A DNA stretch of 63,092 nt, counting the filler, from Sphacelaria rigidula (lineage: Eukaryota), in NCBI GenBank assembly GCA_964200075.2. It is 11 parts of 11 records of this genome, joined end to end, with 100 filler letters (N's around TTAATTAATTAA, not from the genome) between each part and the next. Parts side by side here need not be neighbours in the genome. Positions count along the whole stretch, not along the records: positions 1 to 5,645 come from CAXNAA020025602.1; positions 5,746 to 11,390 come from CAXNAA020025603.1; positions 11,491 to 17,135 come from CAXNAA020025604.1; 8 more parts are not named here. One strand, given 5' to 3'. Below the pieces are notes generated by a model. That model searched no databases, was not told the DNA's origin, and saw only the letters and a list, made by a program, of their open reading frames with translations. How positions within the stretch are numbered: the stretch's first letter is position 1; each line of letters begins with the position of its first letter. The translations under genes were made by a program, and so were the position numbers. This document shows positions 1-13,847 of the stretch, piece after piece.

Positions 1-54
1 TGGTTTTTTTTTGTTTGTGTTTTTGTGTGTGGGTGGTTGGGGGGTGTGTGTGGT

Positions 55-98
<44 letters not shown>

Positions 99-101
99 CA
101 G

Positions 102-3100
102 GTCGCTCAAGTCTTCGTAAAGATGGCGAATCTGGTCATCCTGTCCCGGGGGAGGAATGTGCTGGCCGAAGACTTCAAGTTCTACAGCCCGGGAATCAAA
201 AGGGTCGACCGTGACACCTGGCTCCGGCTCGTCAAGACCCTGGACGTTGCCTTTTCGTCCTTCAACGTCTTCGCGACCAGCTTCACGGTAAATATTTCAA
301 GCTTTCAATTTTGTTTCTGTAACCGTTTGACAGTACGAGTAAAGAAACAGATGTTTGAAAAATCAAAAAGTGTTGCCCTTTGTGGCGGGAAACTGCAGGC
401 AGCTACTAGGTACGAGTATTATACATTTTTCATGCTTATCACTTCTATTCCGACTTCTTCAACCCCTTGAACCCTTTCCTCGAGACAAGTCCGTCCGTAG
501 TCTGAAAAATGAAGGGATCGGTCGGCCCGTATCTCCTCCGATCCCAGGCCTAGATTTTGTTGCCCGAGATTGCGTCAGCACTGCCGCACCCCATCCACTC
601 TCGTCGAACTGGATTTGCTACTCATGCTGTCATGCTTTCGACGACAAATTAAATGTTTCTCTCTCAGAGAGGAAGAAATATGTCGGTATTTAAACCCACA
701 ACCCTCAGCCCTGAATGGCCGTTAGGGAATAGTGTCGGTAAAGCCAAGTGTATAATCGTACTGGGGATAGGCCACCTACGGCACACCAGGACAGGCATAA
801 GCTAGCGCCACGTAGTTCTTGGAGAGCTGATCATTGCTAGTGTTTTTTATTTTATCTTTTGGCGACATCCAAGAGATACCCGAGGGGTAGGTAGCTCTCG
901 GCTGCATCCACTGGCTATATAGTGAATTACATCATTCGTTTCCACGCTTTTTTTGAGGAGGATACGAGCAATCTCCTGTCACGGCAGATGTATATCTATC
1001 TACCTGTTTGTCTGTCCGCCAGGCAAGAACCAATAGACCTGACGTCGCTCATGGCTTTATTTTTGCAGCTGTCGTTAGGTGGTATTACTTGTGAAATTAT
1101 TGAGCTGCTGTGAGACCCGGTAGGTGAGGAGGTGCTCGCGAGAGTAAGCAGGGTGGTGCGGGATGTTCACTGAACAGAGGTCACCACATCATAAACGACG
1201 ACGAGGCGTTACTTCCTCGGGGGCTAGGAACTGCGGGTCTGAGAAGGATTCATGAAGCCTCCGCGGATCCTGCTTTTCGCAAATGGAAATCCACTACTGT
1301 GCCGCCTCTGCGCCTTATGGCCTGGATTGATGTATTGACTGATTTGTTGATTGTCGCACATCAACTGATTCGTTTCGAAGTCAGCCGTGGTGGTCTTATG
1401 GTCACAAGATAGACTCACGGTACCCGTTTGTCGAGATAAAACAAGCGGAACACGTGCCAAATGAATGATGTGATTGAAAAAAAACTATTATATGTATACT
1501 TCACAAACGTTTGTATTTACCCCAAGTACTTGATTGACTGTGATGATGGTTTTTCATCTGCGCGGGTAGATACGAAACTGCTCTTGCTCCTTATTCCTTG
1601 TCAGGGTGCTTTATGTACTGAACATCCGCATAGATGACTGTAATCCGCAGGGCTGTTGGTTGTTCGGATGATGGATGGCATCGTTGATTGGTTTGTTGAT
1701 GGTCTTATGGTCCTCTTTGCCTCATTAGCCTTACGTCCTTCGCTTTTTTTTTTTCTTCATGCTGTCCCCCCTCAGTTAATCTAGGATTGTTGTCGTGGCG
1801 GTCACCCCTTAATTGATGTCTAATTGATGTCTCAAATCATTATTTGGCACCTGAGCATGCCGCAGTATTAGATGACATCTAACATTTTCCCGTGTTATGA
1901 CTACTGTACTTTCCTGTAGCTTTGTCACTGACCCTACCAAGCGATGCCATAGGTATATTCCCTATGTTGGAGTGTTGAAGTGTTGACGGCCCTTGCTCCC
2001 TGGGGTACTCCATATTTCGCCCCCGTCCATGCGTCGGTCCGTCCGAGGTCAATGGTCACATGACTACGACATCAAGGGTTGGCGTCGGTTGGCGTCGGTT
2101 GGCAACGACACTGTAAACCACGCCAATCAGTACGCAAGTTAAGTAACCAGGTTGCCCTTTTCTTGAACGCGTGTGTTTTTTTTCGCGGTAACCATGATGG
2201 CCGTCAAGCTAGATCGTGTTGTGCGAGGTGGGAAAACCTCAGTTCCGCGCCAAGGGGATGATCACACTGCGTAGTGTTTAAATGGTGAGACACCCATGAG
2301 GCAGTGTGTAACCCATGGGTGTCTCTGGAAGTGATGATACCAGAAAATGAAGCAACTCATCGGAGGCTATCATTCATATTCAAGGTAATCAGCACGCTTC
2401 GGGCTGAACAATCTCAGCAGGATGCAGCTCACCCTTCATGCGACTCGCCGAACAAATCCTGGCGCTTGGTGATTGATCAGTGTTGTTCCCTTTCAATATT
2501 ACGGGGCATTTCACAGCAGTTATAATTCATCATCCGCGGCGTCCATTGGAGACGGTCATGCTCCAAGGCCTAAAACATGCTGAGACTACAGGGGCAGACG
2601 TCTTGGAAAGAGACGGGCTGACGTCAGCACGGCAAGATGACGCTACAGACCCATCTCGATACACGAAATGTATGGCGGCAAAGTGATACAAGACGAAGTT
2701 GATACTGTGCGCTACGAGCCGTCAGTACAGAAAATACTGCAGTACTGACTGTACCATGCGAAGCACGCCTGGGCAAGACTGAACTATCCGCGATCCATCC
2801 GTGAAAATTGATGACAGCAACTCGCACTTGATCCTCTTTTGGAATCAAGTGAAATGTAAAAAAAAAGCTCCGCAAAAGGACGACGAGACAGACGACTATC
2901 GGAGAAAGGTGGAATATATGGACGTGGAAGTGCCTGCAGAACGAATTTCCGGTTGATTCTGCTAAAATAATATTTTAGCAATCGCCCTTGTCGTGGTGGG
3001 ACCGTGATGGTACCCGGCAATGGAAGTCTGGCATTATCTGGAAGGAAACGTTGCCCCCTCCCCGAACAATCCCACAATGGTCTTTGGCACAAGGGACTGT

Positions 3101-4304
3101 CTTGCTCAGCTCGGCTGCACGGCCGTGCCTAGCTCGACACGGCGTATAAAAGCCAAGGGCATCTATCTCCCTCTACGATATTGAGAACCTTCACTGGTGG
3201 TTATTTCCTCTCTTGGTGGCAGCCACGATCGACAGGCGGCCGACGTAAACAAAAATGTTGGCAAAATCTGCCCCTGCCTCCGCGCAGATTTCGTATCGGT
3301 TCCCTCTAGAACTGTCATGGAAAAGTGATATTATTTTCGGAATCACCGCAGCATTGTGCATTATCACCCAATCAAGCCACGCAGCGCACAAAGCGTCTTC
3401 GGTTGCCGAAACAGCTGCGTCTACATCCACCTGCAGCTTCAAGCCGCACAAACGTGAAGTTTCAGCATCATCCTCAGCCAGGTGTGCTGTGTTTTGTTGC
3501 GTCATCTAAAAAAAATACCGCCTCCACAATATTGAAAAAGAACAACACTGTGATTGCGAGCCTGGTCCGGCAAAAGTCTGGCGTGCTCCGTCCCGGCTTT
3601 GTAGGGATGCAAGGTCAATGGTCATTTGACTATGGCATGCAACATCATGAATACACCCCCGCCCCCGCCCCCTCACGTCCTCGGAAGAGTCCGCGGTCGC
3701 GAGGGATCAAGCCATCTGTCCCCCGGTACACGCCTTGCAATTTCTATACGAGCATTGGATCATGACCATGACCGCCAGCACTCTCGCAGCCTGTCAACTT
3801 TCATCAAATAGAAGTTGTGATCTCTTTCAGGTCTATTTAGGGGTCCTATTGCACTGGGCGTTTAAAAAAAAAAAAACTTCCTCATTTCCTGTTTTTTTTT
3901 CGAATTTCCCGGCATTTTTTTCCCCCCGAAAATGTGTCCGAAGCTCGACTTCCCGATAAATCTGTGGTCGGTTTCAAATCGATCTTTTGATAGATCTGGT
4001 TCAGATATCTGACCTCACATTTTTTGGAGAAAATGTTGTTTCCTCAGAAACTGTTGGAAAATTAGGAGGGAAGGAAATTAGACCAGTGAATAAGACCGCG
4101 AGCACCGCGACACTCGGTTCAGCAATATAGTAGTAGTGGTAGTGGTGGTGGTGGTAGTAGCAATATTGGTATTGCCGGTCATTTGCGACGCCAAAAAAAA
4201 AAAATGTAAAGCGGACACAGAGTATTTTCTGTGCTACACGCTGCAATGCTACAACGTACTCACAGTCACCCTGCTCCTCTCCGTTTTTTTTCTCCATCTA
4301 TCCT

Positions 4305-4336
<32 letters not shown>

Positions 4337-4489
4337 CATTGTGGTTGTGGTTGTGGTTGTTGCTGTTCTCTTTGCCGTTTTCTGTGCCCTCGCCGCTGCA
4401 CGGGATGTCAGGCATACAAAGACGGGGTGATCAGCTTCAGGCGCACGTATAGAACCCTTCACGATGGGTACCTCACAGTCGGCGACAAG
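102..4489 (+). CDS. Partial spliced gene, SnoaL/NTF2-like (ester cyclase-like) fold; exons 102-287 and 4412-4489
   Basis: Both exons are bounded by cag|...|gt and join in phase 0: VAQVFVKMANLVILSRGRNVLAEDFKFYSPGIKRVDRDTWLRLVKTLDVAFSSFNVFATSFT + AYKDGVISFRRTYRTLHDGYLTVGDK. The LAEDFxF..P / AF / xHxGxL spacing resembles SnoaL-like proteins. The fold call is by eye. Confidence 0.6.
2044..2476. repeat. Dispersed non-coding repeat family X (about 450-550 bp)
   Basis: Shared blocks (aaccatgatgg..ctagatc..ggtgggaaaacctca..tgtctctggaagtg..gcaactcat..cagcaggatgcagctc..catgcgactcgccgaa) also at 20451-21025, 28790-29200 and 57102-57348; partial copies at 3550-3670 and 33437-33495. Confidence 0.85.
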
Positions 4490-5645
4490 GTATAGTGGTA
4501 CAATACACATGTTTGTGACGGCTCCTGAATTCCTAGGTGATCAGTTGAAGTGGGACAAACAAATACTCCGGAGTAATTAAAAGAAAAGAAAAGTGTGTGT
4601 GGGGGGGTGGGGTGGGGTGGGGGGGGGAGGGGGGGGGGCGGGGCTAGTCCCTTTTTTTTTCAAGCTAGCTAATTGGTTCCTGCGCCAGCAATTGAGTTGC
4701 AACAGAAGCACTCGTTTTTTTGTTTTTGTTTTCGTGGAATCTTGAGTTCTTCGCTTCTCCTTTTTTATCTCTTGTTGTTTCTTGAGATGCACACGAGATC
4801 TGAACTTTAAAGCTGCTCCAGCTCGGGTACCGTCCAAGGCGTCAGCATTCGGTAACCGGATGCTCCGGGTACTCTTTGATACTTGGATACTTGCAAGAAG
4901 TCCATACCCCGGACACTCCACGATACTCAGGACTGCGAATACTCTGAAAATTGGTCAAGATATACAGTTGAGCCGTATCCTTGTGACTGTCGAATATCGG
5001 GGCGATGTGAATCGAGAGCGATTCTTCCCCTTCATATATATTGGGAATAGAGTGGGCAGCTTCCCGTCTTGTTTGGAAGAGTTGAAGAGTATGACTTTTT
5101 CCGGGTTGAACGGGGGCGGCGGGGGGGTAGGGCAGTGGGGGGATCGCTTATTCAGGAACGGCACTTAGACATGTGTTCCTAGTCAACCCCACCCAATGGC
5201 AATATTATATGTTGTGTTTTCCGTACATGTATCAAAGTGTCCCATATTTGTACAGCTATTATAGCTGCTTGCTCTGCGTGCGGCTTGCAACGCACTGTAC
5301 TGTATGTATTAGCCAGATTTGGAAAAAACGCGTGAAATCATCGGGACGCTCACATTCAACAGCTCACAGGCACCTGCTGCTACTTTACGTGCTCCTAGAG
5401 GATGCAATCTTCTCTACACTAATACACTATTACTATCCAACACCAAAGGTACGCAATAGCAGAAAAACCGTCCCGTTTTTCGGGTTTTTGCAATACTCTC
5501 TTGGCCCGAGGTTGGAGGTCTTGTCAGTTTACTCTTTCCCTGTTTTTTTTTTCCTTTTACCTTGGTGGTGTGTCTATTAAGCCTTTCGGGACCGGGCCTC
5601 CAGAACGACCAAGGGGCTGGTCAGGAATGACGTGTCTGGCGTCTG

Positions 5646-5745
5646 NNNNNNNNNNNNNNNNNNNNNNNNNNNNNNNNNNNNNNNNNNNNTTAATTAATTA
5701 ANNNNNNNNNNNNNNNNNNNNNNNNNNNNNNNNNNNNNNNNNNNN
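5646..5745. other. Artificial scaffold-joining spacer (first of ten)
   Basis: N44-TTAATTAATTAA-N44 (stops in all six frames). It recurs at 11391-11490, 17136-17235, 22881-22980, 28626-28725, 34371-34470, 40116-40215, 45861-45960, 51605-51704 and 57349-57448, leaving pieces of exactly 5645 or 5644 bp. Confidence 0.98.
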
Positions 5746-5955
5746 TGGAGCCAACTACAAGCGCAACGCAAGTGTGGAAGGATGTCTGACACCCGTATGA
5801 GCCTCGTTTTTCGTGCAACCAAATAGCCCCCCCCCTATCGTAGGATGACTCCATAGGTGCAGTAGTTTACCTTACCCCTTTACCCACGTACCCAGTGCGT
5901 ACGGTTATCCTGCAGCCTAATTCTAGGATTTCTAACGGCTTTTAGCCAACATTGA

Positions 5956-6053
5956 CCCTTTGAGGTTATAGGTCATCCGTTATATCGGCATCAGTTTCAC
6001 TCCAAAAATGTATGCATGCATAATCTAGATGGACTACCCTCCCGACAAAGGGG
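5956..6053. mobile_element. piggyBac-like MITE relic
   Basis: TTGA|CCCTTT...AAAGGGG|TTAA ends and an internal atcggcatca motif. Related copies at about 6480-6616 and 11064-11170; cleanest copy at 50603-50735. Confidence 0.5.
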
Positions 6054-8711
6054 TTAACGCAAACCGCCATAACTTCACCTTACAGAAGACACCCCGGGTC
6101 CAGGGATAAGGGGCTGCAATGATGCAGCCAGGAACTCACTGTGAATGTACTCGACGCCGCATTCTTCACCAGGCCACCGGCTTCCGGTAAACCCCTTCAG
6201 CGCCAGAGTTGTAAATTTGTGAAATCGGCATCATTTTTACATGAAAAGGGCGTGAAAATCAAACCGATTCCACAAATGAGTACCTTTGGCGGAACGGAGA
6301 ACTCCCATTTGTACAGTAGAACAAAGCACCCTATGCGTACGGAGCCATAGAGTGTCCTCGCTGCCCGAGTGCTCACGAACGGCCTTCGTCCGGTGTCGGT
6401 TGGGGTTGGTGTTGAAGTGCAGCTGGGTTAGTTTACAAACAACCTACATTTGGTGAGGAGAGGGCATGACGACCAAATTGAGCCTTTGACCACCGGAGGT
6501 ATCCATTTTGTTGAACGGCCTCATTTCATGTGTAGAATCGGCATCATTTGCACATGAAAAATACCTGAAAATAGGGCTGATTCTACAGATGAATACCTCC
6601 GGCGGTCGAAGGCTTTAGGTCGACCCTTAGCATCCTATGATTACGAGAGCCAGAGAAGACCCTCACTGCTCTGGTGTTCATGATCGTCCTTCGTCGAGTT
6701 ACGCTTGCGATTAGTGCTAGAGTGTAGCTGGGTCACTATCAAACATTCGGGTATTATGGAGAGAGGGACTGACAACGCATTTGAGCCCTTTGACCACCTC
6801 CTGCTGTACGCGCATCATTTTCAGGTCTCGTTTCTGAAAGAATGATGCCGGAAAACGTCACGGACAGTTGAAGGTTTTTCCACAATGGAAACAGAAGAAA
6901 CTGGGTTTTCGGAAAATCACAGAGAATGATCCCGTAAGAAATGCTGCGCTCCGGTGCGTCGCAATCTGGGGAGAGCGGTAGTCACGAGCACGAAGGAGAG
7001 GCAAATGGCCGGGGAAGTCACAGGTCTTAGAGTGAAAGGTTCAGTAAGATTCATGAGTGAAGAGTAGTAGAGTAGTCACTGCGATGAAAGACAGTCGAAT
7101 TCCGGGGAGGGGAACGGACAATACTCTGAGGTGTGGATATTCATGGAGAACGGAAGAATGACATGTAGCGCTCTGGTGCGTCGCAGTACGGAGAAATGCT
7201 GCGCTCTGGTAAAATGACACCTGTCTGCAGGGAAGCCGTTGAAGGAAAATCCTCATGCCCAGGAAGATTATAAGTTTTTTAGCGCTTCGCGCCACCGCTC
7301 AAAATGAGCGCCTCCAAGGCAAAGTATAGTGTGGAGCGTTCGGCGCCGGACATATGACTCGTAGGTAATTTAGAAAATTACAGAGAAAGTCGGTCTCTTG
7401 AAAAGTATAAACTGTAGTGTGCAGGCTGGCGATCGCACGCAAGCTTTGTCGTCCGGGTCGTTTATACGCCTTGATAAAAATACACAGAATACGCTCATAT
7501 TCTCCCACTCGTCCACGAGAAGGTCTCAGGAGAGGGAGAAAGGGAGAAAGAATACTCCTGAGTCACACTGAAACAGAGCGCGAGCAAGGAGTGGTAAAGG
7601 ATAGAGAGAGATTTAAGGTATCGGCATGGGTTAGGAGGGTAGGATGGGGAGTATGCATTGCTAACGAAATAACAAAGCTAAGAGTGGGGGGGGGGTTGAG
7701 ACCACAAAGGGGTGGAATATTGCCAGCCTCGAACCTCCGACCTGCGCTATACATAAGTGACTTACTCTGCCCATGCAGCCATATATGACGAAAACTTTGG
7801 GTTTTTCGAGGAGCACATTCCTTTTTTCCCACTGGCTCTTTTTCTGGAAGTGACTGAAGCATCTAACCCCCGTAGACCCAAACCCTAGCCGAAGCCCACA
7901 CGTCAGAGCTTGGGTGGTGTGTTTGGTAAGGTTTGAGTATTGCAGGGATAGGTGCGAGGTTGGTGTAAAAGCTAGACGGTGGATTCGCCCCCACGGAACT
8001 GTCAGGTCTGGATATGTATTTTGTATCTCACTCCACGGCTGTGCCCGTTTTTTTACAATTCCACTGCGGAAAGAGGGGACAAGCGAAAAGGCTCTCAGAG
8101 CAGTTTCGACGGTCAATATACAAGTGCACAGGTGGACAGTTTGCTACACCTTGTGAACACCTTCGGAAGGTGAAGACCCTGTGGACGACCCTGTGAACAC
8201 CTTCGGAAGGCCCAGAAGCCTCAAATTGACCTTCGATAATGTGCATGGTTGAAGAAGGTTCTCTCGACACAGCACCTTGTGCGGGTGAACACCCTGAGAA
8301 GGTCTAAGATATATACACACACGACGTGCGAGGTTGTGGGCGGTTGCTTGACACAGCACCTTGTGTGCGTGAACATCATGCCGGGGTCTGATATATGGTG
8401 CCAATATCCAAATCGTCTGGATGGCATGCTCCTGCAATCCCATTCTTGCTACAGCATGTTTGAGAACTGTGCAGCGCGGGGGTTGTTCGGGGTAACTCCT
8501 CGTTTTCCCCAATCTGGATTTCTGTTTTTAAAATTTCAATGCCAAATTGACAAAACGAGGATTTCAATAGTCCTTTCTACTAAAAATCCTCATTTTCCCG
8601 ATTTAGGTTTTTGTTTTTGAAATTCCAAACTGGGAAAAACGAGAATATATCCCGGACAGCTCCTGCTGTAAAACACCATACCCTAGCACTTGGGAGATGT
8701 ACAGCAAACAT

Positions 8712-8815
8712 GGGTGGCCACTGGGGTGCCTGCAACCTCAAATTTGGACGTTACAGACCTTGCACAAGGTCTGTAACGTCCAAATTTGAGGTTGAAGACA
8801 CCCCAGTGGCCACCC
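8712..8815. repeat. Near-perfect 50-bp-arm inverted repeat (hairpin)
   Basis: gggtggccactggggtgcctgcaacctcaaatttggacgttacagacctt-gcac-aaggtctgtaacgtccaaatttgaggttgaagacaccccagtggccaccc; two mismatches between the arms. Confidence 0.95.
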
Positions 8816-11585
8816 GTGAAGGATTCTCGGAAGTCCTCGTTTTGCCCACCAATATTACCTGAAATTGGGCGAAGTGAGGAGCCTCTGCTGTCCACATCCA
8901 ACACATTGTGCTGTTTCCAGCGTTTGACACTCAAACTGTAGAGATTGTCGAGAACTTGCCTCAACCATTAGTGGCGCAGGACGGGAACGTTTCGACAGCT
9001 TCTGCGGTTGAAATTCCATACACGGACCGAGAGTGCATGCCCCACCAGCAGTATTTCTATTACTCAACTGCAGGTGAGTGACGTATTCCCTGACTAACTC
9101 TAGTGGTGGGTTTGAAAGCCCTGTCGCCCCTTGTCTACCAATCGTACTTTCTCCACACATGGAAGGAAGTTGAATCGAAGCATATCAGCTTGTGTAGAAG
9201 ATCACAGTACATATCACCCACCCTTCACAGCAGATATTGAACCATGCAAGCCCCACACAACCTATTCCTTACTAACAACGTAACCCTCAGCATACAGCAC
9301 GACTTGGGCACAAGAATAAATAAGCACTGCAGTAGTTGGAAATGATAAGTTTATTGTTGGTGAAAGCTTGAGCATCTTATACGGTGGGGATTGGCAAGGG
9401 GGCTGCGATATAAACCCCGCGGGGCGGCGGGATCGACGATCTACCCAAAACACTATATTCGGGAGATTCACAACGTAGTTTCAGAGTCAGAGTCAGACCC
9501 GAAACAATTGACTTTCACGTCGATTTTGACATCGCCATAGTTCGAGGAGTAATGCATCNNNNNNNNNNCGGTGGCTTCAATGGAAGCTGTCACCTACGCG
9601 ATCAATTTGACATATCACTTGATCGCAACGACGAAGTCAGTCCATTGTAACAAAAGATCCCCCCTTTCAGGAAAAACCGAATAGTGCCTGAAACAGTTTC
9701 AGTTCTGAAATGACCCCCAGGCGTAATAATGCTGTGTGCGGTATCTCGCCAACCAGACCGCCGGATTCCTCGAATGGGGTACTGTGCGGTAGCTGCATGC
9801 ACAAGACGTGTGCTCAAGCAAAAAAAAATCAAGTTGCCTGTTAGGAACGCTAGAGCATCCACTCTGAATTTGAAACTACGTTCTGAATCTCACGAATATA
9901 GTGTTCCAAGTAGACACGTATGGACGTGCAGCCAGTGCAATGATTCATGTTGTTTAAGTTCTTTCCACGTCGCACTGTAAGCAGAAAACACAGATATTCA
10001 TGCGCTGTCTGTCCCGCACTTCGCCCGCGTGCCCTTCAAATTCTTCTGCGACGAAAGAAGATGCATACATAAACAAAAAAAACACTTTTGCTCACACGGG
10101 GTATATCACCCCTTTGTGTTTGCACACATAACAATGATTTCGTGAAATTGAGAGTTGAAGATCCAAATGAGAGCGAGAAAGTTTATCCGAACCGCGCTAA
10201 CGGGGTCCTTTTGATTCGTTCCACGACACTTTGGGCTGTAGTATAACAAGGGGCTATTTGACCCTTGGAGCAGACGTACTCGAAGTTTGAGGAGGGTATT
10301 TGTTGCTCCATTCCCCGCCCTCCAACGAAGGCCATGACCGGTCTTGTTGGTTCGGCGTGGCGAGGGTATTTTCGGTGGGTGTAGGGTCGGAATCACCTTC
10401 AAGGAGTGATTCCTTCTCACTGCTACCCTTGGCCAAGGCTGTGGTGTGGTGGTAGAGTTAGGTCACGGGTGCTCATCAGGCACACCCACCCCTGTTCTAA
10501 TGCAGCAGTATGATATGTCAACACCCTGAGTGCGGGCATATCCTGGCCTACAAGCAGTGTAATGTGTCTACACCCTAAGTGCGGGNNNNNNNNCCCGCAC
10601 ACCCTTGATACAAAGGAGCGTGTGCCGGTGTGTAGACTGGCTTCGGCGACAAGGATGCTTAGGTCTGGTTGAGCATCCCGGACGAGACACTTACTACACA
10701 CGAGCATCAGAGTGGATACTGTAATGAAGAGCAGTAGACCTAAATATTCTTCGTACACAATGGTTGACAGGGATGACAACAAGGTTTTAGACTCGATAAA
10801 GTTCCAAAAAAACATGATCTGGGGCATGTGAGCAGTGGACCCAGCACGCCCAGAACGTGTTTTTGTCGAAATCGGCATTTTAGACGACGATTTGAAGTCT
10901 GCCAACGCGCACTTGGCCTAGGAGAATCTATGGACCTTCCTCGCCCGAGGGTCTCGTGCGCCTTGGATCGGGGTCGGGGTTGGAGCTAGTGTTGGTGTTA
11001 GTTTGTGACATTCCATGATGTTCCCCATCAACCGTTATTTATGAACATATTTGTAGCTCCCCTCCCTTTGACCGCGAGGATAGGCAGGTCACCCGCTGAA
11101 TCGGCATCAATATTCACTTGAAAAGAGTTATGTGTCATCCAGATGGACTACCCGCACCGCGGTCGAAGGGTTCACTTCTGACTCGAATATTTCCTTCGTC
11201 TAAGATTCGAAATAATGCTAACTGTAATGCGTGAAAGGACCGCGTGCTTAGAGGACGGTGCCGTTTTTAAGAACACCTCAGGATAAACGTTTTTCAAAAC
11301 CAATCGGGCCAGTCTCTGCAGGTACCACGCCCCTGAACGGTTTCGATTTTGTCGATGCAGAAAAAATATATCGAACTGTAACGCTTTCACNNNNNNNNNN
11401 NNNNNNNNNNNNNNNNNNNNNNNNNNNNNNNNNNTTAATTAATTAANNNNNNNNNNNNNNNNNNNNNNNNNNNNNNNNNNNNNNNNNNNNATCCCGGGGA
11501 GCGGTTGATTCTCATTCCAAAATACGTTCTCATTTTTCTGGCAACCCTGTTAAATGAGGTTGAAATGGCATTCATTTCTCTTTTC

Positions 11586-11834
11586 GACACTTTCTACGAT
11601 AGCCCCTCCCAAAAAAGTACATGGTTTGGGGAGGCAAAAAATTCACATAAATCGACTGGGGAAAAGCCGAGCACAACGAGAAGCGGGGAATTCCCACGCT
11701 TGGGTTCGTTTTAGCCAATGTCGCCAATATGAGGCGCTTCACGCAGCCTGAACCCGAACATCAGGCGCTGTATGGCATTTTTTTCGTGAAACGTTTTGCT
11801 GGTTTGGGGGGGGGGGGCTATCGTAGAAAGTGTC
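11586..11834. mobile_element. MITE, 249 bp, TIR GACACTTTCTACGATAGCCCC
   Basis: Perfect 21-bp TIRs with TTTC on both flanks (possible 4-bp TSD). Full second copy at 43916-44164; one end at 17236-17302; degenerate end near 51770-51807. Confidence 0.9.
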
Positions 11835-12084
11835 TTTCCAGGGATGACGCGAAATACTTACGACCGAGCGAAGCCATCTTTCCCCCCAAATGTCCGCAGC
11901 AGTCAAGCAGCTGTGGCTACCTCACCTAACGAATGCGGTGTACACGCGTGTCGATGACGATATCACCAGAGAGAGAAGCAATGGCAGAGAGGAAGCTCCT
12001 CGCCCATATCCTTTGTGTGTCCCCGCTCGGCGATTATACCAAACTCTCGAGAGACTGGCATCATCGATCTTACCAGCATGGTGC

Positions 12085-12910
12085 CCAATTTTCCACGTGC
12101 CGAAACATCGAGCTGCGGAGAGATTTTCTCCCGTCTTATACAGTTGCCCGTAGGGCTCACGAATGCGAAGATCGATTTCTCTATGCCTCTCCTTGTGGAC
12201 AGGACGCGCCTCTGTGCGCCGAAAAACATGTTCTTGAAAAGCAGGGCAATGTTCCCGTCATCGCTACTACTATTCTTTGCCACAAACATGCCAGCAAGGG
12301 CGGTGGTGCGGCCAGAACAAATGTATTCAATTTGAAGTTGGGGGGTGTTATTCATCATTGAGTTTACCTACATCTGACCCTCTGGGTGCCCGACGAGAAC
12401 AGCCTACCACACGCCAGTTGAGGGGGGTGTATGAGAGATCAAACACATACATGTAGAGACCTTTTTGACATGCGGAGTGAAAAAAGATACCTATAGCGGT
12501 GACAAAAAAAAAAACTAGGAAAATTTAACTATTGCTAGTGTGGCGCATAGGAGTCCGCCTATGCTGCAACCTGGAGCACACGCTGGTCGCGTGAGCACCT
12601 TGGTACACTACGAGTAGCTTTGCAGAATTATTCCCATGTCAAGAGGTCATGCATTACAAGCTGAACGACAGTGCTCTACCACCAACCACTTGCCGTTGCA
12701 TTTGAGACCCACGCCATGAAGCGCCGACAGGACAGGTCTTGTGGCTTTCACGCAACGCTGTCGGTAGTACGGCAGGTAAACCCGATCATAGCTAGCTTTC
12801 GTTGCTACGGTACTCCGTCCCGACCGAAGTTCGCAACGGCTATGAAATCTAAACAGTTAATTTTTCTCAACTTCATCCACCAAATTCAAACGACTCTCAA
12901 TACCTGGAGG
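12085..12910. mobile_element. Arm of a long-inverted-repeat non-autonomous element (homologous to 46372-47179)
   Basis: About 800 bp of continuous similarity, in reverse complement, to scaffold 9. No recognisable protein in any frame. Confidence 0.75.
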
Positions 12911-13170
12911 AATGTACTGTACTCGCATAGCCCACGTCATTAGACACGATTCTCCTGATTGGCTGCGATAATCATCCGTAGTTCCAACATGGCTGATGCT
13001 ATATGTAGTACATGATATCTTACATCATTCTTGTTCATGACTGAGGGTGAGCATATTCGATCAGCCACCCGGCTCACGGCTCAGTCGTCATCTGTGAAAC
13101 CTATAAAGGAATACGTAGTGTATCCTGTACTCTGCCAATTAGGTAGACTCGCAAGTAAAAAATAATGTTT

Positions 13171-13652
13171 TGTGAAGTGCGTTCCAGAAGATAGGATCCT
13201 TCGAGAAAGAGACTTCGAGAATAGTCGGGTGATAGTGCGGGTAATTAGAGCGGGTGATTACGACGGGTAATTAGAGCGGGTAATTACTGCGGGTAATTTC
13301 CATAGCGCTTTCTAGACTTCGAGAGATAGGNNNNNNNNNNAGCTGAACAGGGAGATCAGCCCCCCACCCCCTTCTCCGCTCACTTCCTTCCACCTTCCCT
13401 CTGACGGGCAAATTATTGCCGCCCACGTCTACTCCTTGGTAGATCGTAGTATGCCGAGTACATATACCCTTGCATAAGCTAGAGATTGAGGGTGACTGGA
13501 GATCATCAAGTTACTTCGATATTAATAATAAAACGATTCAACCATCTTCATCATCGGGGCACGCTCGACTGCTGTCTGAATATCAATTACTCCAGCGTCT
13601 GAGATTGGGAAGCCGTATTCCACATTCGTGAAGCACCACAGCTACTTCAACA
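13171..13652 (+). mobile_element. Probable 5' LTR of the copia element
   Basis: TG...CA-bounded block directly upstream of gag, with internal gcgggtaatta-type tandem repeats (13225-13298) and a 10-N gap. No second LTR in the scaffold, so the boundaries are approximate. Confidence 0.5.
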
Positions 13653-13718
13653 CGTTATAACTTGGCTGCCAACGGAGGTAGCCGCTAGCTTACTGGTCTT
13701 CGCGGATACTACAACAAG

Positions 13719-13801
13719 ATGGTATCGCGTGCGAGCAAGGCGCCGCAACAGCAACAAGAAGGAGGCATGACTGAGTTCCTGGAGGCAATGCAAGTAATGA
13801 T

Positions 13802-13847
<46 letters not shown>

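Noticed and set aside
4136..4510. Poly-Cys/Leu/Thr ORFs (also 13647-14088 and 21636-21970)
   Set aside because: Trinucleotide microsatellite translations; only the embedded exon 4412-4489 is supported.
5690..5701. Regularly spaced TTAATTAATTAA as a biological periodic motif
   Set aside because: Always centred in N-runs at fixed spacing; a synthetic six-frame-stop linker.
11933..12361. Overlapping 100-140 aa ORFs conserved with 46793-47178
   Set aside because: The similarity is at DNA level between repeat copies, frames shift between copies, and no protein motif is recognisable.
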